DNA of 32,000 bases from an uncultured delta proteobacterium (GCA_963822045.1 CAWGGE010000001.1:5385231-5417230); one strand, 5' to 3'; counted from the stretch's first letter, positions 1 through 8,790 are shown. Notes: generated from the letters alone by a model not told the origin. Numbers and translations are program-made.

Positions 1-3000
1 CATTGGCGGGAGGAAGCGCTCCTGTAGCATTGATTGTTGTTCGGTTGCCGTTATTGTCGAGAGTATAGGTGTAGCCAGTTATAACGGAACTTCCCGCGTA
101 ATTGTTAAGAGAAGTGAGCCTGTTCGCATTATCGTATCCGGGGGTAACGATTGTCCCGTTGAACTGGCTTATGCCCGTGAGCCGTCCCGCGTTATCGTAG
201 AAGTACGTTGCAGTCTCGGACAGCCAGTCAATGGAAACCGTCTGCAACCGGTTCGAGGGATCATAAGAGTAAGTAACTGTTTTTCCATCAGGATATGTAA
301 TCTTCTTCAGGTTGGAAGCCGAATCATACGAATTGCCAACTGTAGACCCCTGAGCGTCCTTTACGGAGTTAAGCCGGTTATACCCATCGTAGCCATAGGT
401 CGTGCTGCCCATGGAATCGCTCAAGTTTGTCAATTTGTCATCGAGGTCGTATGTAAACCCAACATTCAGGCTACCGGGGTAGGCAATGGTCTGAACCTTG
501 CCGCTCGGAGTATAGCCGAAAGTAGTGGTCGTGCCGTTCCTGTCAACTGTGTGGTCGAGCCTTCCGTCAGCCCTGTAGAAACTGCTCGCGGTTTTGTTAA
601 AGGGGTCGGTTGCACTCGTTACCAAGTCTCGATTATTGTATCCGAGTTTGTATGTAGAGCCTTTCTGGTCCACAAGTTGAGTCATCCTTCCCACTTGGTC
701 CATGGTCTTCTGCACTGCCGGGTGGCTCCCGGTCGTCGAACTTATGCCCGATATCCAACTGCCCGACAGAGTGTAGCCGAGGCTCGTGGTGGCGTTGCGC
801 CCATCTACGGTCGAACTCACAAGCCCTTTGGGTCCGCTGTAGGCTGCATAATTGGTTATGGAAAGAGTATTCGAAGGATTCGTCGTGGTTTGGGTCACTG
901 AATAGGGATGCGCCGAATCAGTATAGCCGTAACCTACTGAGTGGCTGAGCGGGTCTGTGACCCCGGTGAGCCTGAAAAGGCTTGTGTCGTAGGAATTGAC
1001 TGTAGTGTTGTTTAAAGGGTCGGTGATTTTCCACAGATTATTGTTGCCGTCGAAAATATAATTCGTGGTGTTATTGTCCGGGTCGGTCGCCTGCGTCGTG
1101 TGGTCCTGACCGTCGTAGACCATCGTGGTCCGGTTGTCCACGTTTGTTGAGCCGGAAAGGCTCCTGCCTGTCATCACAGTCCTGCCCTTGCGGTCGTAAA
1201 AATAGTCTGCGGCGTCTGCGTAGGGACCGATTTCTTCTGACCTGTAATCGTTTACAAGAACGTTATAAGTAGCGCTCTGGTTATTTTGCCGAAGGGCAAC
1301 CTGTTTATAGGCTTTGCGTTGGCTGTCGTAAGAATTGGTGATGTAGGTCTGGCTCAAGGGGTCGGTCAGGGTTGTAAGAAGTCCCAAACCCGCCCCGTAG
1401 CCGTATTGCCAAAGATTGCTGTCGGCGTCGGTATAGCCGGTGAGGTTGCCTGAGCCGTCATAGCCGTATTTTACGGTTCGACCATTGGAGTCCAGAACCG
1501 ATGTCACAAGGTTTCCGCTGTATGTGAACGTCAGAGTGCGTGCAAAAGCGTCGGTAACCTTTGAAAGCAAGTTGCCATTATAGGTAAACGACATCACGTT
1601 GCCATTCGCATCGGTCAAACTGGATGCCCGATAATCGTTTGTGCCAACGCTGGTGAAAGCGAGAGTCGAGCCGTCTCGGTTTTGGAGTTTGTAAACCCCA
1701 CCCGAATAGACAAGTGTTGAAGTTATGCCGGGAGGGGAAATATAGGCTCCATTGGGAAGTTGAGTGAAGTTCATGACCTTCTCACCGTAATAGATTGAAA
1801 CGGAATGGTTAAGAAGGTTATCGGTAAGCCATTTGGCGGTGAGCGCCCCTGCAAGCCACTTTTGAGCGGTCGCCGGGTCGGTCCCTGAAATGTCCTGCAT
1901 GAGGTCCGCTATCACAAGCGCTGAAACTATTGCCGGGGCAGCGTCCACATGTCTTCGAAGCCCAAGCGGGGTGGCTCCGTCGCTATAGGTGGAAAGGCTT
2001 ATATCGAAACTGTGCCGCCATCCGTTCCCGATTGCGGTTTGCTGGCTTGAATTTTGGCTTGTGTAGGAGCGACCGAGCGCAAGCCCAAGAGGTGCTGCCG
2101 AGCCAAGTTTTAAATCAGCGTGGTCAAGCGTGTATGCCCCTGTCACCAAATCGATAGGCTCATGGGTACCGGGGTCGGAAAAATTCGTGGTGGGAGCCGT
2201 GATTGATGGGGTCGATTGCGTATTTATGACTGGCGGACTCGGTGGAGTATTATTTTCAGTTATGAACCCGCCGTTATATCCTCCACCGATTGCCATCATG
2301 ATGCTCGAATAATTGCCGCTGTCGTAATATGCGATATAGCCTTCGCCTTTCCATTGATTTATCAGGTTGCTTCCGTTTTGCGGCAGGAAAAGGACGTATC
2401 CGTTGCCGATATCGGCTGAAAAAGTGCTGAGGTCATTGCTGCTGTAGCCGGTGAGTTGCGGCTGCACCGTGGACCAATTGCTTGAGTTGGTCATGAATAC
2501 TTTCTGTGCGCCGGTATTTGCCAACTCAAGTATCTTGACCGTTGAAACCGCCGTCGTGCCAAATTGGAGTTGTTCCAAGACCCCGTGTTCAAGTGAACTT
2601 GGAACAAGTCCGCAGATTTTTGTCATGAGTCCCGAACCCACGCTTCCGTTGTAGCCGGTAACGCTTCCCGTCTGGTTCCTGATGTCCACGTAAAAACTGG
2701 TGTTAACTCCTGCAAGACCTATCCGGTGATGAACAGTATACCGGGTGTTGGTCGCCCATGCGCCAAGGGCGGTATTTAGCGTGGTTTGCCGAAGCCACGT
2801 CTGCCCTATTACGTTCAGCGTCTCGATGGTTTCATCCTGCGTCAATGGTGTCGATACAGTGCCCGCAAGAATGCCTGCAAGCCTTTTCTGTGTGCGGGCA
2901 AGGGCCTGTCCGCTTTGCGACCCGCCGAATTCAGACGCAAAAACATATACTCCACCACGCACTACCGGGTAGGAGAGCGGATTGGTGTCGTCGAAATTCG

Positions 3001-4270
3001 TTGTTACATAAGGGTGTTTTACCTGCACCTTTATCGTGCTGTCGGCGCTGCCCGAAGTCTCCGCAGCTAAGGTAGAGTCGTCGAGAAGAAGGGTCGCCTT
3101 GGCCATGGGTGCAACCGTCGATTCAAGAGGATATTGCTTCGTTGCGAATCCAGGGGCAGAGATCTGCAAATTGGCGGTCATGTTGGTGCCTACCGTGGTT
3201 CCGCTGCCGGAGCCGAGGACTTCTAGGCTAAATGAACACGAGCCATTGTTGGCAGCGGCGACGCAAGTATGCGTCCCGGTAGTGCCGTCCGAGAATTTGA
3301 ACACACCGTTTGAGTTGTTCAGAAGCTGGGCCGTGAAGGTGACAGACGAGCCGGTCGGATTGGTAAAGCCCATCCCCACCCCTTCCGTGCTTGGCGGGCA
3401 GACTGTTCCGAAGTTCCAGCCGCCAGTTCCGTATGAAGAGCCGCCGGTGTCAGTACAGACTGGTTGGTCGTAGATCATGGCGAGTCTTCTTGCGGCAACG
3501 GTTGGAAGTGTCAGGATCTGATTGACGATGCCCCCGTGATTGATGGTCACGGTATGATAATAGTTAACCGTCGTATCGGCAGGTAAGACGGAGAAAAAGC
3601 GAATGGCCGTGGTGAGCTGAGGCGTGTCTTCCCACATTATCGTGCGGCCTGTAACGATGTCGCTCATGGAGCTATTCGGGTAATTTGTATTCAGATAATT
3701 GGTCAGGTTTGTGACATAACCATTGAGTTTCCCGTCGATTCCGGACTCGTTCATGTTTTGGGCCGTAGTCGGGTCGGTCCCTCCGCCGGCCGTCGTCATG
3801 ATGTCGCTTCTTGTGTAGCCTGCCGCTGTGGTGATAGACGAGGGCGAAACACCCATGTCTGTATTGTAGCGCTTGAAAGCGGGGTCGAGTTGATAAGTGG
3901 TCCCGTTAATTGTGACCTGCACCCATATCCTGTCAAGAGTGAGCGTATGGTTTGAATACCACTTGCCGCTGACATTATATCCTGCATTGGACAAGATGTT
4001 GACGATAGCGCTTTCCGTTGTTGAACTCTGGTCAGTGGTGCCGCCAAGCCAATGCTGCACGTCATAATTGTTTGTGCCGTTGAAAATCGGATAGTTGACC
4101 TGTCCTGAGTTGTAGGTCGCCGTCGTATATCCCGCAGCCTGAAGCAAGGCAATGAGAAGGGATGCTTGATCGTAGTCGTTTCCGCTGCGGTCCAAATAGG
4201 TCAGAGTCGCCCCTTTCAATGAACCGAGATACGGGACGTAGTCTACATTATTGAGGACATATTCATACAT
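1..4270 (-). CDS. RHS/YD-repeat protein, N-terminal part (at least 1423 codons); the ORF runs off the left window edge
   Basis: Manual minus-strand translation from ATG 4270-4268 is uninterrupted down to position 1. It is missing from the track because no stop lies in the window. It has many YD repeats (YFYDNAGRLTGIS, YGYDGYNRLNSV, YSYDPSNRLQTV, FYRADGRLDHTV, MVYDGQDHTTQATDPDNNTT). It has an RHS-shell entry motif (EPIDLVTGAYTLDHADLKLG...GNGWRHSF). The N-terminus has a transglutaminase-like segment (GNDYDQASLLIALLQAAGY...RIWVQV...YQLDP). The true 5' end is uncertain. Confidence 0.9.
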   Translation of the reverse strand, partial: MYEYVLNNVDYVPYLGSLKGATLTYLDRSGNDYDQASLLIALLQAAGYTTATYNSGQVNYPIFNGTNNYDVQHWLGGTTDQSSTTESAIVNILSNAGYNVSGKWYSNHTLTLDRIWVQVTINGTTYQLDPAFKRYNTDMGVSPSSITTAAGYTRSDIMTTAGGGTDPTTAQNMNESGIDGKLNGYVTNLTNYLNTNYPNSSMSDIVTGRTIMWEDTPQLTTAIRFFSVLPADTTVNYYHTVTINHGGIVNQILTLPTVAARRLAMIYDQPVCTDTGGSSYGTGGWNFGTVCPPSTEGVGMGFTNPTGSSVTFTAQLLNNSNGVFKFSDGTTGTHTCVAAANNGSCSFSLEVLGSGSGTTVGTNMTANLQISAPGFATKQYPLESTVAPMAKATLLLDDSTLAAETSGSADSTIKVQVKHPYVTTNFDDTNPLSYPVVRGGVYVFASEFGGSQSGQALARTQKRLAGILAGTVSTPLTQDETIETLNVIGQTWLRQTTLNTALGAWATNTRYTVHHRIGLAGVNTSFYVDIRNQTGSVTGYNGSVGSGLMTKICGLVPSSLEHGVLEQLQFGTTAVSTVKILELANTGAQKVFMTNSSNWSTVQPQLTGYSSNDLSTFSADIGNGYVLFLPQNGSNLINQWKGEGYIAYYDSGNYSSIMMAIGGGYNGGFITENNTPPSPPVINTQSTPSITAPTTNFSDPGTHEPIDLVTGAYTLDHADLKLGSAAPLGLALGRSYTSQNSSQQTAIGNGWRHSFDISLSTYSDGATPLGLRRHVDAAPAIVSALVIADLMQDISGTDPATAQKWLAGALTAKWLTDNLLNHSVSIYYGEKVMNFTQLPNGAYISPPGITSTLVYSGGVYKLQNRDGSTLAFTSVGTNDYRASSLTDANGNVMSFTYNGNLLSKVTDAFARTLTFTYSGNLVTSVLDSNGRTVKYGYDGSGNLTGYTDADSNLWQYGYGAGLGLLTTLTDPLSQTYITNSYDSQRKAYKQVALRQNNQSATYNVLVNDYRSEEIGPYADAADYFYDRKGRTVMTGRSLSGSTNVDNRTTMVYDGQDHTTQATDPDNNTTNYIFDGNNNLWKITDPLNNTTVNSYDTSLFRLTGVTDPLSHSVGYGYTDSAHPYSVTQTTTNPSNTLSITNYAAYSGPKGLVSSTVDGRNATTSLGYTLSGSWISGISSTTGSHPAVQKTMDQVGRMTQLVDQKGSTYKLGYNNRDLVTSATDPFNKTASSFYRADGRLDHTVDRNGTTTTFGYTPSGKVQTIAYPGSLNVGFTYDLDDKLTNLSDSMGSTTYGYDGYNRLNSVKDAQGSTVGNSYDSASNLKKITYPDGKTVTYSYDPSNRLQTVSIDWLSETATYFYDNAGRLTGISQFNGTIVTPGYDNANRLTSLNNYAGSSVITGYTYTLDNNGNRTTINATGALPPAN

Positions 4271-4469
4271 CAATCTTGACTCTTTTTTTACCCTCTTTCC
4301 GTGAGAATTCTGAGGCGTACATGCCAAGTGTAATATCCAGCCTCCTTCCATGTCGTGCGCCTTTGCAATCACGTAGATGAACACCATTTTTATCAGCCCA
4401 CTCGATGATGGTATAAAATATCTTTTTATTTCGATCTTCCTCATAGTATACTGGTAAACGTTCTTTCAT
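4263..4469 (-). CDS. small hypothetical protein (68 aa from ATG 4469; the track ORF extends to 4490)
   Basis: ORF is in the track. ATG 4469-4467 overlaps the TGA of the Rep frame (ATGA). Its own TGA (4265-4263) overlaps the ATG of the RHS frame (ATGTATGA). No recognisable domain. Confidence 0.4.
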   Translation of the reverse strand: MKERLPVYYEEDRNKKIFYTIIEWADKNGVHLRDCKGARHGRRLDITLGMYASEFSRKEGKKRVKIDV

Positions 4470-5665
4470 TTTGTGTCTCCTGATGTCCATAAATGTTTAT
4501 AATACTTTCCAATATGTATACGATCCATATCGATTCTCCGTCCGATCTCCGCAGCGGTAATCTTTTTCCCAGTTGCTGTGATTTCATTGATAGCTGAAAT
4601 TATTTTGGTTTCAGTCGCATCTTTTTGTAATTTCCTTGCGAATTTACCACCTATACTTTCTCTTCTTTTTATTTCCGCTTTAAATTCATTCATATCATCA
4701 AACCATGGCATAGGTTCAAGATTCATGGTTCCCTCGTGTGGTCTGATTTTTTTGAAGCTTTTTCTTCGTTCCCACGTCCATTGGGAAATATACCGTGACA
4801 GTGATGGAAGGTAGCTGTCTTCAACAGGAGGATCACATCGATTTGAATTAACCGATTGGAGATATTCAATTAACGATTCATATAACTCATCATATGATCG
4901 TGATTTAGCCACCATCCGATATGCCCAGTTCCTTCCCAGTTCAAAAAGATCATTGTGCCTTTGACCATCGGGAATGATCTCGCCTGTGTCTATAAAATCG
5001 TCCTTTTGGTTTTTCCTTCTCCGATTTTGAATTGTCTCACCAACGGCTCCATCGGAATATGTGAACTGAATATATTTGGCTTTCGGGTAATGATACGGGT
5101 TCAATGATACAGCATTAGCCAGTTGATTCAGATCATATACTGCATCCTCGCTTACTTTAACAATCTAATCTGGATGCAAAGGATTCTTACAAATATATCT
5201 GGTATACTTAACATCAGCCCGAAGAATCTCCCTCATCGCATCATAAACACGTTTATAGTATTCCATTGGCTTTTGACGTGCATCACCAAGACCCGTTTTG
5301 TTATTGCGAAAAGAAACCGCTTCTTTTAGCCCGTAAAATAGATGGGCATGTGTATTTTCAGGATTGACGCAGATAATGGTAGGAGAAGGAAGACCAACCT
5401 CGTGCCATTTGGATTCAGCATTTGAAAAATCAAGATCAAATACCAGATACTTTTTCAACATGATGTTTAGAGCTATAAGCCTGTGCTTAAGAGCTTCGGG
5501 TTTGAATTGCTTTAATAGAGGCGTGCCGTTTTTGTCATTACAATGCGGCTCCTTCACCAAGTGGGCGACAAATCGTGCCAGCGCATTTTTTATTGTTGTT
5601 GCGTTTTTCATTTCCATCCTCAAGTTCGATCTCAAGTTATTCGGAGATATGTGTGCATCTTTCAA
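4466..5665 (-). pseudogene. replication initiator of the primase-polymerase / plasmid 'Replicase'-family type, interrupted by a single in-frame TAG
   Basis: Track ORFs 5165..5665 and 4466..5104 are in the same frame (5665-5104 = 561 nt). The only interruption is TAG at 5167-5165: ...CKNPLHPD*IVKVSEDAVYDLNQLANAVSLNPYHYPK... The N-terminal part has AEP/prim-pol-like motifs (YLVFDLDFS; NTHAHLFYGL). Read through, it would be about 399 codons. Confidence 0.6.
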
Positions 5666-5874
5666 AATTAGAATATATTTTAAAGCGAGAAGATGTTATT
5701 TTTATGGATTCAGGAGGACTTTCGCAGATGCTAGGACTTCGATCTGAAACGTGTACTTCGTCAGAAGCGTGTATCTCGATAGCGGCGGTAACGAGATCAC
5801 CCGTGGCGCTACGTTAAAAAGACTATTTTTCAGAATCAATGACCAACCAATGCCCAATCAATCTTTCTTTTTTT

Positions 5875-5970
5875 GGTTTACTATCTCAAAACGTCTTCTT
5901 ATCTTGTTGGTTTCCATAATGTGGTTCACTATCTTACAATCTCATCTTATCTTGTTAGTTTTCAAAATGT
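5875..5970. repeat. two tandem 48-bp direct repeats (iteron-like), upstream of the Rep gene
   Basis: Repeat 1 (5875-5922) is ggtttactatctcaaaacgtcttcttatcttgttggtttccataatgt. Repeat 2 (5923-5970) is ggttcactatcttacaatctcatcttatcttgttagttttcaaaatgt. They match at 39 of 48 positions and share the core tcttatcttgtt. The surrounding sequence is AT-rich. Confidence 0.7.
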
Positions 5971-6591
5971 AGAGCTAAACTAGAAACATCATTTCCTAAC
6001 CATTCCAGAATACCTCTATAACTTCTTTTTTTCTTTATGGGCATGATGACAACATTGTATTTGGTTGTCGTGAACGAGAAGAAAGAACATATCATATTGA
6101 TCTGATTATGGAATATGGGTTTTAGGGCTTTTAGAACTATCGGCTGCGCCGTGCTGCGCCACCGTCACTCGCTCTCAAAAAGTGTAACATTCAGTTGAAA
6201 GTTATATGCAGAGCCATTCTACTCTCAGTTCACTGATTAGAATCGATAGCCAATCCTATCAGAAGCTGGTACGTGGTCTCGAAATGAGGTATCCAAACCA
6301 TATCACCTCCAACCCTTAACCACCGAATGACCCAGTTCCTCCATCGATACCAGAGTATCGCAGCCACTATTCCCCATCATTGGTAACGCACTGATTTGAT
6401 AACAACTGTATCCAGCATCACCGCAGACACTTTCCGTCGCCGGGACCGGTCTCAACCTCCAAGATCTTAATCTTCATCGGTGGGAGCCACTCAGATCAAT
6501 TCGGAAGCGTCTGGATGACCTTCTGAGCCATCATCTCGGAAAAAACGATGTGGAGTATGGGTGAATTTGGGAGCCATCATTTTGAGCTTCG

Positions 6592-6675
6592 TTGACAATG
6601 TCAATCAACGTTAATTAACGGCACTATACATTATACTCTCGTTAATTAACGTTAGCCGCTTGACAATGTCAATCA
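6592..6675. promoter_or_regulatory. nested palindrome array (operator-like): P1-P2-19 nt-P2-8 nt-P1
   Basis: P1 is ttgacaAtgtcaa, a perfect palindrome, at 6592-6604 and 6660-6672. Each copy extends to the 16-nt direct repeat ttgacaatgtcaatca. P2 is cgttaattaacg, a perfect palindrome, at 6609-6620 and 6640-6651. The central spacer contains tatact. P1 contains a consensus -35 hexamer, TTGACA, on both strands. Confidence 0.6.
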
Positions 6676-7733
6676 CTGGAGCCGCCATCGGGTTTGCTTG
6701 CGCTGGAAGCGGTATTGCCGGTGATGAATTGCCACATCCCTGTTGGTTTGCGTGGTTTGGATTTGGCTGGTTGCACCAGCCGCACAGCGGGTTTAAGTGA
6801 TGCTTCGCTTGGGGATGCTTCACTACCATCGGCTTTATACCGTCCTTTGTTTATCTGAATCCTGATTTGCCGAACCCTTGACTCACTGTAACCAAACTTA
6901 TCGGCAACGTACACGGATGTGTATTGGTCGTTTTCAGGATTTAATAAGAATTCCATCATCTTATCAAGTAGCTTCTTGCCCGCCCGCTTGTACGCCTTTT
7001 CTTCGATGTCTGTGGGAGAATCCTCCACCCGCCAGACACCGTTATTTAAGCGCCAGTCAGAATTTGGTGGAAGAGGTCCGTCCCAATTCTTTTCAAACTG
7101 GAGCCGAAATGCACATTCAGAAGCCGGGAGCTTTTCAAGCCGAACGCACATATCAGTCAGTTGGCGCTTGACGAGCGTATCACGGACTTGCCCGTTAACG
7201 TTGACGTGTGCAAGCATGATCGTGGCTACACCCATCCGCTTCATGTCGTTTTGCCAAGAATCGATTGGTTCCCATTCTTTCTTGGTACCTGTTCCGCCAA
7301 GCGTAAGAGATGTGATGGAATCGAATATGACTACTTCGATATGATGCTGCGTACAGTGGGACTTTATGGCGTATCGCCAAACGGGATCAAGCAGGTTCGG
7401 GACCGGGTGATTGAGTTCTAATGCGGTCTGCCGGTCGTAGACACGAAATTCATCCGTCAAACCGAGTATTTCACCACGGTCTTTGATGAGTTTGGCTGAA
7501 GTTTCGCTCCAGACATACATCACACGGACAGCCCTCGATGCTACCCATGGACCCAGTGAATGTCCGGTAGTCAGAGCTTTTCCAATAGACATGAACAACC
7601 ACGTCTTCCCTGTCCCATCGGCTCCAAACGCCAAAACCTTCATCCCCGCACTAAGCCTCGGGTTTAACAGTGTTTCACGTTGCGCTCCCAGTAGTGATGC
7701 AAATTCTTTAAAGCCATACGATACAATGTCCAT
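6669..7733 (-). CDS. RecA-like P-loop ATPase (RepA / AAA_25-like) with a C-terminal HTH-like segment
   Basis: Walker A is FGADGTGKTW and Walker B-like is HIEVVIFDSITS. A later segment, YVADKFGYSESRVRQIR, looks like an HTH. An RBS (GGGAGG) lies upstream of ATG 7733. The C-terminal 60 aa are low-complexity and overlap the palindrome array. Confidence 0.8.
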   Translation of the reverse strand: MDIVSYGFKEFASLLGAQRETLLNPRLSAGMKVLAFGADGTGKTWLFMSIGKALTTGHSLGPWVASRAVRVMYVWSETSAKLIKDRGEILGLTDEFRVYDRQTALELNHPVPNLLDPVWRYAIKSHCTQHHIEVVIFDSITSLTLGGTGTKKEWEPIDSWQNDMKRMGVATIMLAHVNVNGQVRDTLVKRQLTDMCVRLEKLPASECAFRLQFEKNWDGPLPPNSDWRLNNGVWRVEDSPTDIEEKAYKRAGKKLLDKMMEFLLNPENDQYTSVYVADKFGYSESRVRQIRIQINKGRYKADGSEASPSEASLKPAVRLVQPAKSKPRKPTGMWQFITGNTASSASKPDGGSSD

Positions 7734-7769
7734 TACATAATACCTCCCTCTCTATTACTGATCGGTATC

Positions 7770-7798
7770 AACTTAACAGACTGCTATAGCCATGTCAA
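7770..7798 (-). promoter_or_regulatory. sigma70-like promoter for the ATPase gene
   Basis: On the minus strand: TTGACA (7798-7793), a 17-nt spacer, then TAAGTT (7775-7770). It lies about 35 nt upstream of the RBS and ATG at 7733. Confidence 0.4.
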
Positions 7799-8415
7799 GA
7801 AATAATTTCCATTCTTCTTAATGAACCGAAATGTTCGCCAATTACGAAAAGTGGCATAACAATGTATACGCTCCTTCAGGATCGTACTCTCAATATATGC
7901 AAAAGATTATTAATCACGATTTAATGGTTTTGCCATGGAAATAATCTTTGTACCACTTACGAAAGGCGCTGCGCACGTAGATATCTATCCTATGGTAAGG
8001 ACTTTGCATTTCGGTTAGTGTCTGAAACTTGGATGAACCTATCTTCCTCCAAACCCACAATATTTTGTATAATTAAATATTAAATACACCAGCCACTACC
8101 TAATGCGACTGAATGTGACAGTTTTTTCCTGCGACCTGCATGTTCGCAAAGTCACCGCCTAAGAAAAATAAAGAAAAGTAAATAATTCTTTTCACAAAGT
8201 CCATGTTCAATTCAGTCCCCTTACCGTCGTAATTCGTTTTAATCATCATTTCAGTCGCTTATCGTGTTTCCTCGCATCCGAAATCCAATCGGACCTCAAA
8301 ATATATACACAATATGAAACAACAGAGAACGACCGGGAGCGCAAGGTATGAAAATTAGGTAACCGGTCGGAATTTACCCTAAAATTTTTCCCCTCTCTCT
8401 GAGAAAGGAAAGCGA

Positions 8416-8757
8416 ATGAACGAGGAATATCTGACAACTCCACAACTGAGCGACCGGATCAAGCACGCTCCACAAACCATCTACAACAATGTTAGTAAAG
8501 GGACATGGAAGCTCGGTCAACACTACGTTAAACCGAGCAGTAGAAAAATCTTATTCAAGTGGTCAGCTATTCACGCATGGCTCGAAGGATCATGCGGAGA
8601 CGGGCAGCGTGAACATGATCTGACCATTGAAGCCTGCGGATCACGTGATGAAGGATCATGTGGATCAGAACCCATCGGAGCCAATGTGGATGATGGAGAG
8701 AAGGGTCGGAATATCAAAAAGGCTTCCGTAAAGCCAAAGTGTAGGATCAACATCTAA
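8416..8757 (+). CDS. AlpA/excisionase-like HTH DNA-binding protein
   Basis: The N-terminus, LTTPQLSDRIKHAPQTIYNNVSKGTWKLGQHYVKPSSRKILFKWSAIHAWL, fits the AlpA / MerR-type excisionase pattern. It sits directly upstream of the integrase. An RBS (AAAGGAAAG) precedes the ATG. The C-terminal tail is odd and overlaps GGATCA repeats. Confidence 0.65.
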   Translation: MNEEYLTTPQLSDRIKHAPQTIYNNVSKGTWKLGQHYVKPSSRKILFKWSAIHAWLEGSCGDGQREHDLTIEACGSRDEGSCGSEPIGANVDDGEKGRNIKKASVKPKCRINI

Positions 8758-8790
8758 CTCGTCCCTGCTTCTGCACATTTTGAGGATGGT

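Noticed and set aside
551-4152. Many 60-145-aa ORFs on both strands in the first 4.2 kb (for example 551-901, 2758-3075, 3036-3473, 3796-4152)
   Set aside because: All overlap the single long minus-strand RHS frame, which carries repeated YD motifs across the whole region. None has motifs of its own.
4240-4300. The left attachment site (a copy of the tRNA-Thr 3' end) at the compositional break
   Set aside because: No match to agctggcgataggagtcgaacc, or a substantial part of it, was seen here or elsewhere in 4.2-8.4 kb by eye. The boundary is left open.
5165-5167. Pyrrolysine or another programmed reading of the in-frame TAG in Rep
   Set aside because: No pyl genes or PYLIS-like context are visible in the window, and the codon sits where Trp (TGG) is expected. 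A point mutation or sequencing error is the simpler explanation. It is kept only as an alternative to test.
5875-5970. A CRISPR-like array
   Set aside because: There are only two directly adjacent 48-bp units with no spacers and no cas genes. They are interpreted as iterons.
8103-8201. A 32-aa hydrophobic minus-strand peptide (MDFVKRIIYFSLFFLGGDFANMQVAGKNCHIQSH) as a type I toxin candidate
   Set aside because: It is too short, with no evident RBS, antisense RNA partner or conservation evidence.
8246-8443. A 65-aa minus-strand ORF overlapping the AlpA-like start region
   Set aside because: It lies in the divergent regulatory region, overlaps the RBS and start of the AlpA-like gene, and has no motifs or RBS.
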